The notes under the pieces were generated by a model. The model searched no databases. It worked only from the letters and a program-made list of their open reading frames with translations, and had not been told where the DNA came from. Of a stretch of DNA of 64,000 bases, positions 1 to 9,999 are shown in pieces (positions within the stretch are counted from its first letter, which is position 1; each line of letters starts with the position of its first letter). Made by a program: the position numbers and the translations under genes. Origin of the DNA: a candidate division FCPU426 bacterium. GTDB taxonomy: Bacteria > Oederibacteriota > Muellerivitia > Muellerivitales > Muellerivitaceae. The stretch is taken from contig CAVRAL010000001.1 in NCBI GenBank assembly GCA_963719085.1, forward strand, positions 736,001 through 800,000, written 5' to 3'.

Positions 1-1
1 A

Positions 2-412
2 CAACGTTTGGTGGAGCATTTGAAAAGCCAAGGCCACCAAGTCCAGGATTTTGGAACCAACTCGTCCGAACCCGCCGATTATCCTGAGTACGCCTTTCCG
101 GTCGCCGAATCGGTGGCTCACAAGCAAAATGAGCGGGGAATCCTCATTTGCGGAAACGGCATTGGAATGTCGATCGTGGCCAACAAGGTGCCGGGAATCC
201 GCGCGGCCTTGAGCGTAACGGAAAAAATGGCCAAGGCGACCCGGGAACATAACGACTCGAACATCCTGGTTTTGGCGGGCCGGGATTTACCCGCGGACAG
301 CAACCTTAAAATCACCGATGTTTGGATGACCACGCCTTTTTCGAACGCGGACCGGCATATTCGCCGGGTGGAAGAAATTAAGGCGATCGAGGATAAACTC
401 CATGAATCATGA
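2..412 (+). CDS. rpiB: Ribose-5-phosphate isomerase B (5' end outside window)
   Basis: Motifs DYP, GILICGNGIGMSIVANKVPGIRAA, REHNDSNIL and RHIRRV; frame is open to the window edge. Confidence 0.95.
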   Translation, partial: QRLVEHLKSQGHQVQDFGTNSSEPADYPEYAFPVAESVAHKQNERGILICGNGIGMSIVANKVPGIRAALSVTEKMAKATREHNDSNILVLAGRDLPADSNLKITDVWMTTPFSNADRHIRRVEEIKAIEDKLHES

Positions 413-419
413 GGGCCTG

Positions 420-830
420 ATGGGCGCGAAGGTGAAGCGGGCTTTTTTAATCTTAGGAGCGTTGGCCTTGCTGGCGGGTTGCGCGCTTTCGCCGGATGAG
501 AAGGTCAACCGGGTCCAGATCCTCAAACAACAAGTGCAAAGCTTCGTGAATTCGGCGGTTCAAAAGGATTGGGACGGGCTTTTTCGCTTAACCGATGGAA
601 GCTTTGATAACGTGGACCATTTCCAATCCTATATGACCCAGCCCTGGGACTCGACCGCGGTCTTAACGGGGGGCAATATCACCTCGTTGGCTTGGGTGAA
701 CGACACCACAACCAAGGTGAAGGTGAATTGGATTTTCCAGGACGGATCGATCTTAAGCTATTCCAGTGAGACCTTTATCTGGGTCTGGAGCGACGATAAC
801 TGGAAGCTAAAAGGCCGGAGTTTACGCTGA
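420..830 (+). CDS. Hypothetical lipoprotein (possibly NTF2-like fold)
   Basis: Basic N-region, hydrophobic stretch and lipobox LLAGC; start uncertain (402, 420 or 432). Confidence 0.65.
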   Translation: MGAKVKRAFLILGALALLAGCALSPDEKVNRVQILKQQVQSFVNSAVQKDWDGLFRLTDGSFDNVDHFQSYMTQPWDSTAVLTGGNITSLAWVNDTTTKVKVNWIFQDGSILSYSSETFIWVWSDDNWKLKGRSLR

Positions 831-1106
831 AACGGCCGCGCTAGCGGGGGCTGTGACGGCAGGAGCGCGGCGGGTAACCGGGCGCTTCTGGATCTTGCCG
901 GAGCGGATACAGCGGGTGCAAACCAAAACGCGCTTGTGCGTTCCGTTGATGACCACCCGGATGACCTGCAGGTTCGGCATTTGACGACGGGTATGAATCC
1001 CGGTCACGTTTAATCCGATACCACCCGACTTCTTCGCCTTACCACGACGGGTGATTTTCCGCGCCTTGATGGGTCCCTTGGAACAAATGTCGCAAACCTG
1101 AGCCAT
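822..1106 (-). CDS. rpmB: 50S ribosomal protein L28 (Zn-binding type with RRGKAKK insert and Ala/Pro tail)
   Basis: CDIC...RRGKAKKSGGIG...PNLQ...CTRCIRSG; AGGAG SD on the minus strand. Confidence 0.95.
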   Translation of the reverse strand: MAQVCDICSKGPIKARKITRRGKAKKSGGIGLNVTGIHTRRQMPNLQVIRVVINGTHKRVLVCTRCIRSGKIQKRPVTRRAPAVTAPASAAVSA

Positions 1107-1188
1107 GATGAATCTCTCCTGAAATCTGATCGTTAATTAAAGCCGCTGAAGGCCGGAACTCTTTTTCGTTTTGTCGAAAAGAGCGGTT

Positions 1189-1218
1189 ATTATAGACAAA
1201 GCATTTCAAATTAAACAA
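1189..1218 (-). promoter_or_regulatory. Putative sigma70 promoter for rpmB
   Basis: Minus strand TTGTTT-18nt-TATAAT. Confidence 0.5.
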
Positions 1219-1285
1219 GCTTTTTTAAGCCGTGAAGGGGTCAAAATGCCCCTTTTTCCCCGCTTAAACGGCCTTCGGAACCCTG

Positions 1286-3703
1286 ATGCCTTCGACCGAT
1301 CCCAAAATTCAAAATCTTTTAAAACCCCTGCGTCTGGAACAAAAAAAGAACTTCAATAATCGCGCGGTCTCCGGCGGGTTGGACCAGTATGTGATGCGGG
1401 GTTTGGATGAACTCTTAAAGCAATATGAAGCGAAGACGCGGGCCGGGCAGTGGCTTGAAAAAACAAAATCCGCCTTTGGCCAGTACATGGCCTTATCCCC
1501 TGAAGAAAGAAAAGAACTGGTCGCGACCACCTTGAGGCGGCTTGAGCAATTGCCCCCGCTGGAGGCGGACGCCAAGCCGGTACCGGTCCCGCCAAACTCG
1601 GTTCCCGCCATGGATTCCGTCCAGGCGCCCGCGGTAGTTTCCGCGCCGGCTTTGGACCAATCCCTCGCTTCTTTTGTGCCGGGGGAAAAGTCGCGGGCCT
1701 TTCAAAGAACAGGGTTAAAAACTGTCCGTGACCTTTTGTCTTACACCCCCAAGTGGGTCCTTCACCGCTCGGTTTTCACCCCCATCGCCCAATGCGTGCG
1801 CCGGGAAGAGCCCTATTTTATCCTGGCGAGGATCAACGGCATTTCCCAGGTCCGCCGGGGCCCCCGTGAAATATTGAAGGTGGCGCTGGAAGATGGCACG
1901 GGTACCTTGATCTGGATTTGGTTCAACAGGCCATACCTTAAAAAAGACCTGACCAACGGGCGGTGGGTGGTTTTGCACACGATGCCGGATGTGTCCAAAT
2001 GGGGAAAACAGGTCGTGGGCCAAGCGGATACTTTTGAGTTTCTGGATGACGAGGAAAAAGAGGCGCTGGAAGCCGGGAAGGTTTTACCGCTTTACTCCAC
2101 CACGCCGACCTTGACCCAGGATTTTTGGCGCGGGCTATTCAATAAGGTTTTGCCCAGGGCTTTGGAGTCGATTCCAAATTTAGTCCGGGAAGCCCAACCG
2201 GGGCAGGCCTTGAGGCTGAGGGATGCCTATGAAAAAATCCACCGGCCCGAAAGTTTGGAATCATTCGAGGCCGCGCGCAAGCGCTTGGCCTTCGAGGAGT
2301 TTTTGATCCTTCAAACCTATTTGATCTTAAAGAAAAATGAGACGGCCCGGCGTGAGAAAAGCCGACAATATGTTTTCGGGGGCGAACGCATTTTAAAGTT
2401 CAGGGAATCCATTCCCTACGAACTGACTAAGGCCCAGAAACGGGTCTTAAAAGAAATCCGCGAGGACTTGGCCAAACCCCATCCCATGAACCGGCTTTTA
2501 CAAGGCGATGTGGGAAGCGGAAAGACCCTGGTCGCGGCCATTACTTTTCTTTACGCCGCCGATTCGGGAATCCAAGGGGCCTTGATGGCGCCCACCGAAA
2601 TTTTGGCCCAACAGCATTTCGAAACGCTTCAAAAATTATTGGAACCGGTGGGTTTCAAGGCCGCGCTGTTAACCAGCGGGATGAAGGTGAAGGAAAAGCG
2701 GGAAGTGTTGGCGGCGATCGCCGAAGGCCGGGTTCATGTGGCGATCGGAACCCACGCGTTGCTTGAAAAAAACGTGGTCTTTAAGAATCTGGGGATTTTG
2801 GTCATCGATGAGCGGCATAAATTCGGGGTGCTTCAAAGGGCGGCCTTGGAAGAAAAAGGCAAGTGGCCCGATGCCCTGATGATGACCGCCACCCCTTTCC
2901 CCCGGGCCTTGATCCTGACCGATTACGGCGACACGGATTTGTCCCTTTTGGATGAGTTTCCCAAGGGCCGGAAGCCCATCGTGACCCAATGGAAGCCCGA
3001 GGCGAAAAAAGAAGAGGTGTATCAGTTCGCCAAGGCCCGAATGGCGAAAGGCGAGCAGGTTTTCTGGGTGTTTCCCGTGGTGGAAGAATCGAAAACCTTT
3101 TTAAAATCAGCGACCCAAATGTATCAGTATTTCGCCAAGGATATCTTTCATGGTTTCCGGGTGGGGCTTTTGCATGGCCGGATGAAAAAAGAGGAAAAGC
3201 AGGAAGTCATGCGGGCCTTTGCCGAACGAAAAATTCAAATTTTGGTCTCAACCACCGTAGTCGAGGTGGGTGTGGATGTGGCCAACGCCACTGTGATGGT
3301 GGTGGAACACGCCGAGCGCTTTGGGCTTGCCCAGCTTCATCAATTGCGTGGCCGGGTGGGCCGGGGCGCGGACCAAGCCTATTGTTTTTTAATGACCTCG
3401 CCTTTGATGTCGGCGGACGCCGTGCAACGGGTTAAAATCATGGTCGCGACCAACGACGGCTTCAAGCTTTCCGAATTTGACTTGAAAATGCGGGGCCCGG
3501 GTGAGATTTTTGGGCTCGCCCAATCCGGCCGCCGGGAAGGCGGCTTGGTGGACCTTAGGCGGGACGTGGAATTGGTCGAGCGGGCAAGGGATCAGGCGGG
3601 GGAAATCCTTCGACAAGATCCTTTGCTTAAAACTGTGGCTAATGAGGAACTGCGTAAAGCGTTGAAAACCCGGTATGATTTTCAACTGGCGCAGATTTCA
3701 TAG
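1286..3703 (+). CDS. recG: ATP-dependent DNA helicase RecG
   Basis: Wedge/OB region, RLAFEEF, RLLQGDVGSGKT, MAPTEILAQQH, ERFGLAQLHQLRGRVGRG, DLKMRGPGE. Confidence 0.97.
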   Translation: MPSTDPKIQNLLKPLRLEQKKNFNNRAVSGGLDQYVMRGLDELLKQYEAKTRAGQWLEKTKSAFGQYMALSPEERKELVATTLRRLEQLPPLEADAKPVPVPPNSVPAMDSVQAPAVVSAPALDQSLASFVPGEKSRAFQRTGLKTVRDLLSYTPKWVLHRSVFTPIAQCVRREEPYFILARINGISQVRRGPREILKVALEDGTGTLIWIWFNRPYLKKDLTNGRWVVLHTMPDVSKWGKQVVGQADTFEFLDDEEKEALEAGKVLPLYSTTPTLTQDFWRGLFNKVLPRALESIPNLVREAQPGQALRLRDAYEKIHRPESLESFEAARKRLAFEEFLILQTYLILKKNETARREKSRQYVFGGERILKFRESIPYELTKAQKRVLKEIREDLAKPHPMNRLLQGDVGSGKTLVAAITFLYAADSGIQGALMAPTEILAQQHFETLQKLLEPVGFKAALLTSGMKVKEKREVLAAIAEGRVHVAIGTHALLEKNVVFKNLGILVIDERHKFGVLQRAALEEKGKWPDALMMTATPFPRALILTDYGDTDLSLLDEFPKGRKPIVTQWKPEAKKEEVYQFAKARMAKGEQVFWVFPVVEESKTFLKSATQMYQYFAKDIFHGFRVGLLHGRMKKEEKQEVMRAFAERKIQILVSTTVVEVGVDVANATVMVVEHAERFGLAQLHQLRGRVGRGADQAYCFLMTSPLMSADAVQRVKIMVATNDGFKLSEFDLKMRGPGEIFGLAQSGRREGGLVDLRRDVELVERARDQAGEILRQDPLLKTVANEELRKALKTRYDFQLAQIS

Positions 3704-3712
3704 GAGTAGCGG

Positions 3713-4285
3713 ATGCGTGTGATCGCGGGAACCTATCGGAGCCGGGAAGTGAAGGCTCCCAAATCGATGAAGATCCGTCCCACCTCGGACAAGGTAAAGG
3801 GCGCGCTTTTTAATATGCTGGAGCCCCTTCGGGATTGTACGGTCGTGGATTTTTATTCCGGCACGGGGAACCTGGGGATTGAAGCGATCAGCCGGGGAGC
3901 CAAACAGGTGGTCTTTGTCGATAACGGCAAGGAGGGCTTGGATCTCATTCGGGAAAACTTGGAGAAACTGAAGATTCCGGTTTCGGGGCAAGGGCCGGCC
4001 CAGATTTTAGCCTTGGAAGCGGGCAAGGCCTTTTACAGCCTGCACCAGCAAAAGCGGACCTTTGATATCGTACTGGCGGACCCTCCTTACGAACCAGGCG
4101 CGCTCAAGCGGGTTCAAAAACTATTGGCCCAGTACCCGATTTTAGCCCCGGGCGGCATTTTGTCGGTGGAGCACGAGGCGCTCGATATGGAATTAGACCC
4201 GGAGTTTCCTTTTCCCTTGGTTCGCCAAAAGAAATACGGCGATACCTTTCTTTCGTTATTTAAAAGCCCGGACACGGTCGCTTGA
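3713..4285 (+). CDS. rsmD: 16S rRNA m2G966 methyltransferase RsmD
   Basis: MRVIAG, RPTSDKVKGALFN, DFYSGTGNLGIEAISRGA, DPPY, KKYGDT. Confidence 0.95.
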   Translation: MRVIAGTYRSREVKAPKSMKIRPTSDKVKGALFNMLEPLRDCTVVDFYSGTGNLGIEAISRGAKQVVFVDNGKEGLDLIRENLEKLKIPVSGQGPAQILALEAGKAFYSLHQQKRTFDIVLADPPYEPGALKRVQKLLAQYPILAPGGILSVEHEALDMELDPEFPFPLVRQKKYGDTFLSLFKSPDTVA

Positions 4286-4322
4286 ATGCTAAACTAACAA
4301 GTGACGAGGGCATTGGAACAAT

Positions 4323-4400
4323 GATGAACGCAGATGGACGCCGATTTAAGATATAAAAAAATATATGTTTCAATCAAATCTGCGGCCATCTGCGTTTATC
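4323..4400. repeat. Imperfect 25-bp inverted repeat with AT-rich spacer (REP/MITE-like)
   Basis: GATGAACGCAGATGGACGCCGATTT (4323-4347) versus AAATCTGCGGCCATCTGCGTTTATC (4376-4400), 22/25 complementary. Confidence 0.75.
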
Positions 4401-4449
4401 AATGTAAATAGCCTTGGCTGGAAGTTTTTAATGTTTTGTGAGGTGAAGT

Positions 4450-4968
4450 GTGAGCAAAAAAATAATCGGTCTTTATCCCGGGTCCTTTGACCCCATTACC
4501 AACGGCCATGTGGACATCGCCAAAAGGGCCATGCGGCTTTGCGACGAGTTGCATGTGGCGGTGGTGGGCAACCCTTCCAAAAAGAGCCTTTTCTCGGTTC
4601 AAGAGCGGGTGGAACTTTTAAAAAAGACCGTGGGTAAGATTCCCGGCGTCAAAATTTCATCCTTCAACGGTTTATTGGTCGATTACGCGCGCCAATTAAA
4701 GGCCCAGATCATCTTCCGCGGCTTACGGGCCGTTTCCGATTTCGAGTATGAGTTCCAAATGGCCTTAATCAACCGGGCGCTTCATCCTGAGATTGAAGTC
4801 ATGTTTTTGGTCCCCAGCGAGAAGTATATTTTCCTTTCTTCCAGTTCCATTAAGGAAGTCGCGAAGTTTGGGGGCGAATTGAAGGGGTTTGTTCCGCCGG
4901 AGGTTGAGAAGGCTTTGCGGTCGGCTTTCGGTGGTCCTTCCTTGAAACCCAAGCGCCGACGTTCCTAA
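4450..4968 (+). CDS. coaD: Phosphopantetheine adenylyltransferase
   Basis: YPGSFDPITNGH, RGLRAVSDFEYE, SSSSIKEVA; GAGGTG SD. Confidence 0.97.
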   Translation: MSKKIIGLYPGSFDPITNGHVDIAKRAMRLCDELHVAVVGNPSKKSLFSVQERVELLKKTVGKIPGVKISSFNGLLVDYARQLKAQIIFRGLRAVSDFEYEFQMALINRALHPEIEVMFLVPSEKYIFLSSSSIKEVAKFGGELKGFVPPEVEKALRSAFGGPSLKPKRRRS

Positions 4969-5023
4969 ATTACCCTGAATAGCTTTAAAGCACGCAACAA
5001 CAAGGCAAAACAGGGGTATTTTC

Positions 5024-5053
5024 TTGACACTTTTAGACGGGGCTCCCTATAAT
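5024..5053 (+). promoter_or_regulatory. Sigma70 promoter for the yceD-rpmF-plsX-fab operon
   Basis: TTGACA-18nt-TATAAT. Confidence 0.75.
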
Positions 5054-5106
5054 CCCCACTGTTTCAGGCCCGGAAATAAGGGCTTTTGTACGGAGGAAGC
5101 GCGTCT

Positions 5107-5628
5107 ATGCTGAAAGTTGAATTGCGCTCTCTTGAAAAAGAAGACCTCGTTTTGGAAGAAGTGGGGCCCGCGAATCAGCTGGGGGTGGAATTGACCCCGG
5201 AACTGTGCCCGGCCCCTTTAGCGATTTACTGCTCTATTTCCAAGACCGGGGATTACATCCTGGCCAAGGGCTGGGTTCAGGGGAAGATGCGTCTGTCTTG
5301 CGACAGGTGTTTGGTGGATTTCGAGAACGGCTACAAATCCTTTTTCGAGTTTCAATACCGCCGGTCGGAAGAGCAGAAGCCGGACGAAGACGAAGTGGAA
5401 CTGTCTTTCTCCGAGACCGAAACCATTTATTATGATGGGGAAATACTCGATATCGCCGACGCGGTCCGGCAGACCGTCCTCCTTTCGGAGCCCATGCGGG
5501 CTCTTTGCCGCGAGGACTGCCGGGGACTTTGCGGAGGATGCGGGGTTAATTTAAATATCGGGGCTTGTGGATGCGGGGAACCGCCGACGGACTCTCGTTG
5601 GGAAGCCCTGAAACAGTTGAAAGTGTAG
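5107..5628 (+). CDS. yceD: YceD/DUF177 family protein
   Basis: CDRC and PMRALCREDCRGLCGGCGVNLN...DSRWEALKQL; upstream of rpmF; GGAGG SD before ATG 5107. Confidence 0.9.
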   Translation: MLKVELRSLEKEDLVLEEVGPANQLGVELTPELCPAPLAIYCSISKTGDYILAKGWVQGKMRLSCDRCLVDFENGYKSFFEFQYRRSEEQKPDEDEVELSFSETETIYYDGEILDIADAVRQTVLLSEPMRALCREDCRGLCGGCGVNLNIGACGCGEPPTDSRWEALKQLKV

Positions 5629-5752
5629 GGAAGACAGTCAATAAGAGGCTGGCCGGTCCAAAACCCACGGCTCAACGGGTTGGTTGAAGTAAAATTTTGA
5701 ATTCAAGACCATCGGCTTTGGCCTTTTGTCTTTTTAAATCTGGAGGAAATTC

Positions 5753-5935
5753 ATGGCTAATCCTAAACGGCGGCATTCGCGCCAACGCCGGGATAAGCGT
5801 CGCACAAACTGGAAAATCAAAACCAAGTCCTTGTCCGTCTGCCCCCAATGTAAAAGCGCTAAATTGCCCCATCGTGTGTGTCCGACCTGCGGATATTACA
5901 AGGGACAAGAAGTTCTTCACGTTGACATCGCCTAA
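5753..5935 (+). CDS. rpmF: 50S ribosomal protein L32
   Basis: MANPKRRHS...CPQC...PHRVCPTCGYY. Confidence 0.97.
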   Translation: MANPKRRHSRQRRDKRRTNWKIKTKSLSVCPQCKSAKLPHRVCPTCGYYKGQEVLHVDIA

Positions 5936-5947
5936 AGCCACTCAAAA

Positions 5948-7018
5948 ATGACGATCAAAATCGCCCTGGACGCAATGGGTGGGGACGCGGCTCCTCGGGA
6001 AATCGTGAAAGGAGCCGTCATGGCCGTTCAGGACGCTGAAGTCCTGAAGATGGCCAACCACGACCTGGAGATCGTCTTGGTGGGCCGGCAAGAGGATATT
6101 GAACGGGAGCTTTCCAGTCTGGGAAGCTATCCGAAAAAATCCATCTCCATTATCAACGCGCGTGAAGTGGTCGAGATGGGCGAAAGCCCGGCCCAAGCCT
6201 GTAAGCAAAAACGGGATTCCTCAATCGTGCGGTGTTCCGAGCTGGTGAAGCGAAAAGAAGTCGCGGCCTGCGCTTCTGCGGGAAACTCCGGCGCCACCAT
6301 GGCGGCGGCGCTCATGACCTGCGGCCGCATTGACGGAGTTCTCCGGCCCGCGATCACGACGATGGTTCCCAGTATCCAAGGTGTCTCGGTTTTGGTCGAC
6401 GCCGGCGCCAATGTGGATTGCAAAGCCAAACATTTGCTTCAGTTCGCCCTCATGGGCGATGTTTTCGCCCGTACCGTTTTGGGTTTTAAAAATCCCCGGG
6501 TCGGCCTTCTTTCAATCGGCGAGGAAGAAACCAAGGGGAATGAGCTGGTTTTTGAGACCCAAAAATTATTGAAGACGGCGCCGCTGAATTACATCGGCAA
6601 CGTGGAAGGCCGAGATATCGTCAACGGCAATTGCGATGTCACGGTTTGCGACGGTTTTGTGGGCAATGTCACGCTGAAGGCCATCGAAGGCGTGGGCGAG
6701 CTCGTTTACAACTTATTGAAGAAAGAAATGCAGTCGAATCTTTTCTCGCTGGTGGGGGCGCTGTTGGCGTCTTCCGCTTTCCGCCGTTTTAAACGCAGCA
6801 TCGACTATAAAGAATACGGGGGAGCGCCGCTTTTGGGGATTGACGGGATCAGCATGATCAGCCACGGAAAATCAAACGCTTTCGCCATGAAAAACGCCAT
6901 CCGGGCCACCCTGCGGTGCAGCAACAACAACATGAACCAAATTCTTGAGGAGCGCATCCTGAAATACGGTCAAGTCAATGACAAGCCCGAACCCAAGGCG
7001 CCCGGGGCCGGCGCGTGA
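5948..7018 (+). CDS. plsX: Phosphate acyltransferase PlsX
   Basis: IALDAMGGD, SAGNSGA, DAGANVD, EEETKG, CDGFVGNVTLK, YGGAPLLG. Confidence 0.97.
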   Translation: MTIKIALDAMGGDAAPREIVKGAVMAVQDAEVLKMANHDLEIVLVGRQEDIERELSSLGSYPKKSISIINAREVVEMGESPAQACKQKRDSSIVRCSELVKRKEVAACASAGNSGATMAAALMTCGRIDGVLRPAITTMVPSIQGVSVLVDAGANVDCKAKHLLQFALMGDVFARTVLGFKNPRVGLLSIGEEETKGNELVFETQKLLKTAPLNYIGNVEGRDIVNGNCDVTVCDGFVGNVTLKAIEGVGELVYNLLKKEMQSNLFSLVGALLASSAFRRFKRSIDYKEYGGAPLLGIDGISMISHGKSNAFAMKNAIRATLRCSNNNMNQILEERILKYGQVNDKPEPKAPGAGA

Positions 7019-8007
7019 GCCAGAAAATCAGGGCCGGTTTTTTAGGAACGGGTTCCTATCTTCCCGAAAAAATCCTGACCAACAAGGACATGGAAAAAAT
7101 CGTCGACACCACCGATGAGTGGATCGTCACCCGTACCGGCATCCGGGAGCGTCACGTGGCCTCCGAAACCCAAGCCACCTCGGACCTGGCCACCGAAGCC
7201 GGCAAAAAAGCCCTGGCCGACGCCGGCCTAAAAGCTTCCGACATTGACCTGATTATCGTGGCCACCATTACCCCCGACATGCCCACGCCCTCCACCGCCT
7301 GCTTGGTTCAAAGCAAATTAGGCGCCACCAAAGCCGCGGCCTTTGACGTCTCGGCCGCCTGTTCGGGGTTTGTTTACGGCCTCTCCATCTCCAAAGCTTT
7401 CGTGGAAAGCGGGATGTATAAGAACATTCTTCTCATTGGCGCTGAAAAGCTGACGGCTTTCGTGGATTGGAAAGACCGGGCTTCCTGCGTTATTTTCGGC
7501 GACGGAGCCGGCGCCGCGGTGATTGGGCCTGTGGAAGCGGGAAAAAGGGAAATTTTATCCTCGTTCATGGTCGCCAACGGCAATGACGCCGATTTATTAA
7601 AAATTCCGGGCGGTGGAAGCCGAAACCCGTCCTCAACCAATTCGCTGGAACAGGGCATGCATTATTTGAAGATGCAGGGCAAAGAAACCTTCAAGGTGGC
7701 TGTGAAGGTCATGGAAGAGGCCACACTGGAAGCGCTTCGGCTGGCGAACTTAAATATGGACCAGATATCCCTAGTCATTCCACATCAGGCCAACCTTCGG
7801 ATTATCCAGTCGATCGGGGAGCGGATGCAGATTCCAGCGGAAAAAATGGTGGTGAACCTGGACCGGGTGGGCAATACTTCCGCCGCTTCGGTCATTGTGG
7901 CTTTGGACGAATGTGTGCGTACGGGCCGCCTGAAAAAAGGCGACGCGATTGTGCTGGTGGCTTTTGGCGCGGGAACAACCCTGGCTTCGGCCGTGGTTCA
8001 GTGGTAA
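7015..8007 (+). CDS. fabH: 3-oxoacyl-ACP synthase III
   Basis: WIVTRTGIRER, AACSGF, FGDGAGA, HQANLRI, GNTSAAS. Confidence 0.97.
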   Translation: MSQKIRAGFLGTGSYLPEKILTNKDMEKIVDTTDEWIVTRTGIRERHVASETQATSDLATEAGKKALADAGLKASDIDLIIVATITPDMPTPSTACLVQSKLGATKAAAFDVSAACSGFVYGLSISKAFVESGMYKNILLIGAEKLTAFVDWKDRASCVIFGDGAGAAVIGPVEAGKREILSSFMVANGNDADLLKIPGGGSRNPSSTNSLEQGMHYLKMQGKETFKVAVKVMEEATLEALRLANLNMDQISLVIPHQANLRIIQSIGERMQIPAEKMVVNLDRVGNTSAASVIVALDECVRTGRLKKGDAIVLVAFGAGTTLASAVVQW

Positions 8008-8011
8008 TCCC

Positions 8012-8938
8012 ATGACCCAGCGCGCGTTTGTTTTTCCGGGACAAGGATCGCAGGCGGTCGGCATGGGCAAGGACCTCTTTGAGGCTTTCGCCGAATGCCG
8101 GGAATTATTTGAGCGCGCCGATAAGGCGCTGGGTTTTTCGATCTCCAAGATTTGCTTTGAGGGTCCCGAAGACGACTTGAAAAAAACGGCCAATACCCAG
8201 CCGGCCCTTTTAGTGACTTCGATCGCGGCCCTGACCCAGCTTCAAAAAAAGGGAGTTGCCTTTAACGCCGTGGCGGGACATAGTCTGGGGGCTTATAGCG
8301 CTTTGGTCGCGGCGGAAGCGATTTCTTTTGAGGACGGCGTCAAGTTGGTTCGGCGCCGGGGTGAATTGATGGAGCAAGCGGGCGCGGGCAAAGGCACCAT
8401 GGCCGTGATCCTTAATTTGGATGAGGACAAGGTGCGCCAAGCGTGTGAAGAAGCCTCGTCCCTGGGCGTGGTGGAGCCGGCGAACGTGAATTGTCCGGGT
8501 CAAATTGTCATTTCCGGCGAGAAGGCCGCGGTTTTGGCGGCCTGTGAAAAAGCGAAAGCCCTGGGCGCCAAGCGGGCCATGGAGCTGGCCGTGAGCGGTC
8601 CTTTTCACAGCTCGCTCATGAAACAAGCGGCGGACGGATTAAAAGAAGCTTTAGGGTCGGTTCGATTGTCGGCGCCGAAAGTGACCTACTATTCGGATAT
8701 CGACGCCAAGACCATGCAAGACCCGGCCGTGATCGCCGAAAGCTTGGTGCGCCAGTTGGTGGCGCCGGTTCAATGGATCAAGACCATCGACGCCATGGGC
8801 CGGGAGGGCATCACGACTTTTGTGGAAGTGGGTTCGGGAAAAGTGTTGAATGGGCTCATCCGTAAGATCAACAAGGACGCCGTCATCTATAACGTCGGGG
8901 ACAGGCAAAGCCTCGCGGAAGCGGATCAATGGAAATGA
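8012..8938 (+). CDS. fabD: Malonyl-CoA-ACP transacylase
   Basis: FPGQGSQ, GHSLG, VSGPFHS; start taken as ATG 8012. Confidence 0.97.
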   Translation: MTQRAFVFPGQGSQAVGMGKDLFEAFAECRELFERADKALGFSISKICFEGPEDDLKKTANTQPALLVTSIAALTQLQKKGVAFNAVAGHSLGAYSALVAAEAISFEDGVKLVRRRGELMEQAGAGKGTMAVILNLDEDKVRQACEEASSLGVVEPANVNCPGQIVISGEKAAVLAACEKAKALGAKRAMELAVSGPFHSSLMKQAADGLKEALGSVRLSAPKVTYYSDIDAKTMQDPAVIAESLVRQLVAPVQWIKTIDAMGREGITTFVEVGSGKVLNGLIRKINKDAVIYNVGDRQSLAEADQWK

Positions 8939-9675
8939 AATTAAAAGATAAAGTCGCGGTCGTCACCGGCGGAAACCGGGGCATCGGAAAAGAAATCGCT
9001 TTGACCCTGGCGCGCGAAGGCGCCTCGGTGGCCCTCTGTGGAACCAATGAGGAAACGATCAAGGCGTCGGTGGCCGAGATCGAGGCTTTGGGCGTGAAGG
9101 CGTTGGGCGTCAAAGCCGATGTGTCGAAGGCCGCGGACGTTGAAAATTTCGTGACCCAGGTCATGACGGCTTTCGGCAAGATTGATATTTTGGTCAACAA
9201 CGCCGGAATCACCAAAGACAACCTTTTGCTTCGCATGGGCGAGGCCGAATGGGATGATGTGATCTCGATCAACCTCAAGAGCGCTTTTTTACTGACCAAA
9301 CTGATCGTGAAGCCCATGATGAAGGCCCGGCAGGGGCGGATCATCAATATGACCTCCATCGTGGGGGTGCGGGGCAACGCGGGCCAAGCCAATTACGCGG
9401 CCAGCAAGGCCGGGCTCATCGGCTTGACCAAGACGGTGGCGCGGGAATTCGCCAGCCGCAACATCACCTGCAACGCGGTGGCCCCCGGATTTATCCAGAC
9501 CGACATGACCCACGCTTTGGGCGATAAGGCGAAAGAAGAGTTGATGAAAGAAATTCCCCTGGGTTTTTTGGGGGAATCGAAAGATGTGGCAGCCGCCGTC
9601 TTGTTTTTGGCGTCGGAGGAGGCCCGGTATATCACGGGTCAAGTCCTTTGCGTCGACGGTGGAATGGTGATATAA
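8929..9675 (+). CDS. fabG: 3-oxoacyl-ACP reductase
   Basis: TGGNRGIG, NNAGITKD, NYAASKAG, VAPGFI. Confidence 0.97.
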   Translation: MEMKLKDKVAVVTGGNRGIGKEIALTLAREGASVALCGTNEETIKASVAEIEALGVKALGVKADVSKAADVENFVTQVMTAFGKIDILVNNAGITKDNLLLRMGEAEWDDVISINLKSAFLLTKLIVKPMMKARQGRIINMTSIVGVRGNAGQANYAASKAGLIGLTKTVAREFASRNITCNAVAPGFIQTDMTHALGDKAKEELMKEIPLGFLGESKDVAAAVLFLASEEARYITGQVLCVDGGMVI

Positions 9676-9739
9676 GAAGGTGGTTTGAGACGGGAAGCGC
9701 GGGGGCGATGGATCCCCGTAATTTTTTAGGAGGTGGAGA

Positions 9740-9973
9740 ATGGCGACTGAAGATAAGGTGAAAGAAATCATTGTGGACCAATTGGGTGTGGAAGCCGATC
9801 AAGTGAAGCCGGAAGCCTCGTTCATCGACGATTTGGGCGCGGATTCCTTGGATACGGTCGAGCTGGTCATGGCCTTTGAGGAAGAATTTGACTTGGAAAT
9901 CCCGGACGAGGACGCCGAAAAGATTAAGACCGTTGGAAACGCGATCGATTACATCAAGTCGAAAGCTTCTTAA
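9740..9973 (+). CDS. acpP: Acyl carrier protein
   Basis: [28 protein letters not shown]. Confidence 0.98.
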   Translation: MATEDKVKEIIVDQLGVEADQVKPEASFIDDLGADSLDTVELVMAFEEEFDLEIPDEDAEKIKTVGNAIDYIKSKAS

Positions 9974-9999
9974 TCACTGACTGATTTTTGGAGGAAGCC

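Noticed and set aside
5697..5951. Alternative-frame ORF over rpmF
   Set aside because: rpmF explains the region
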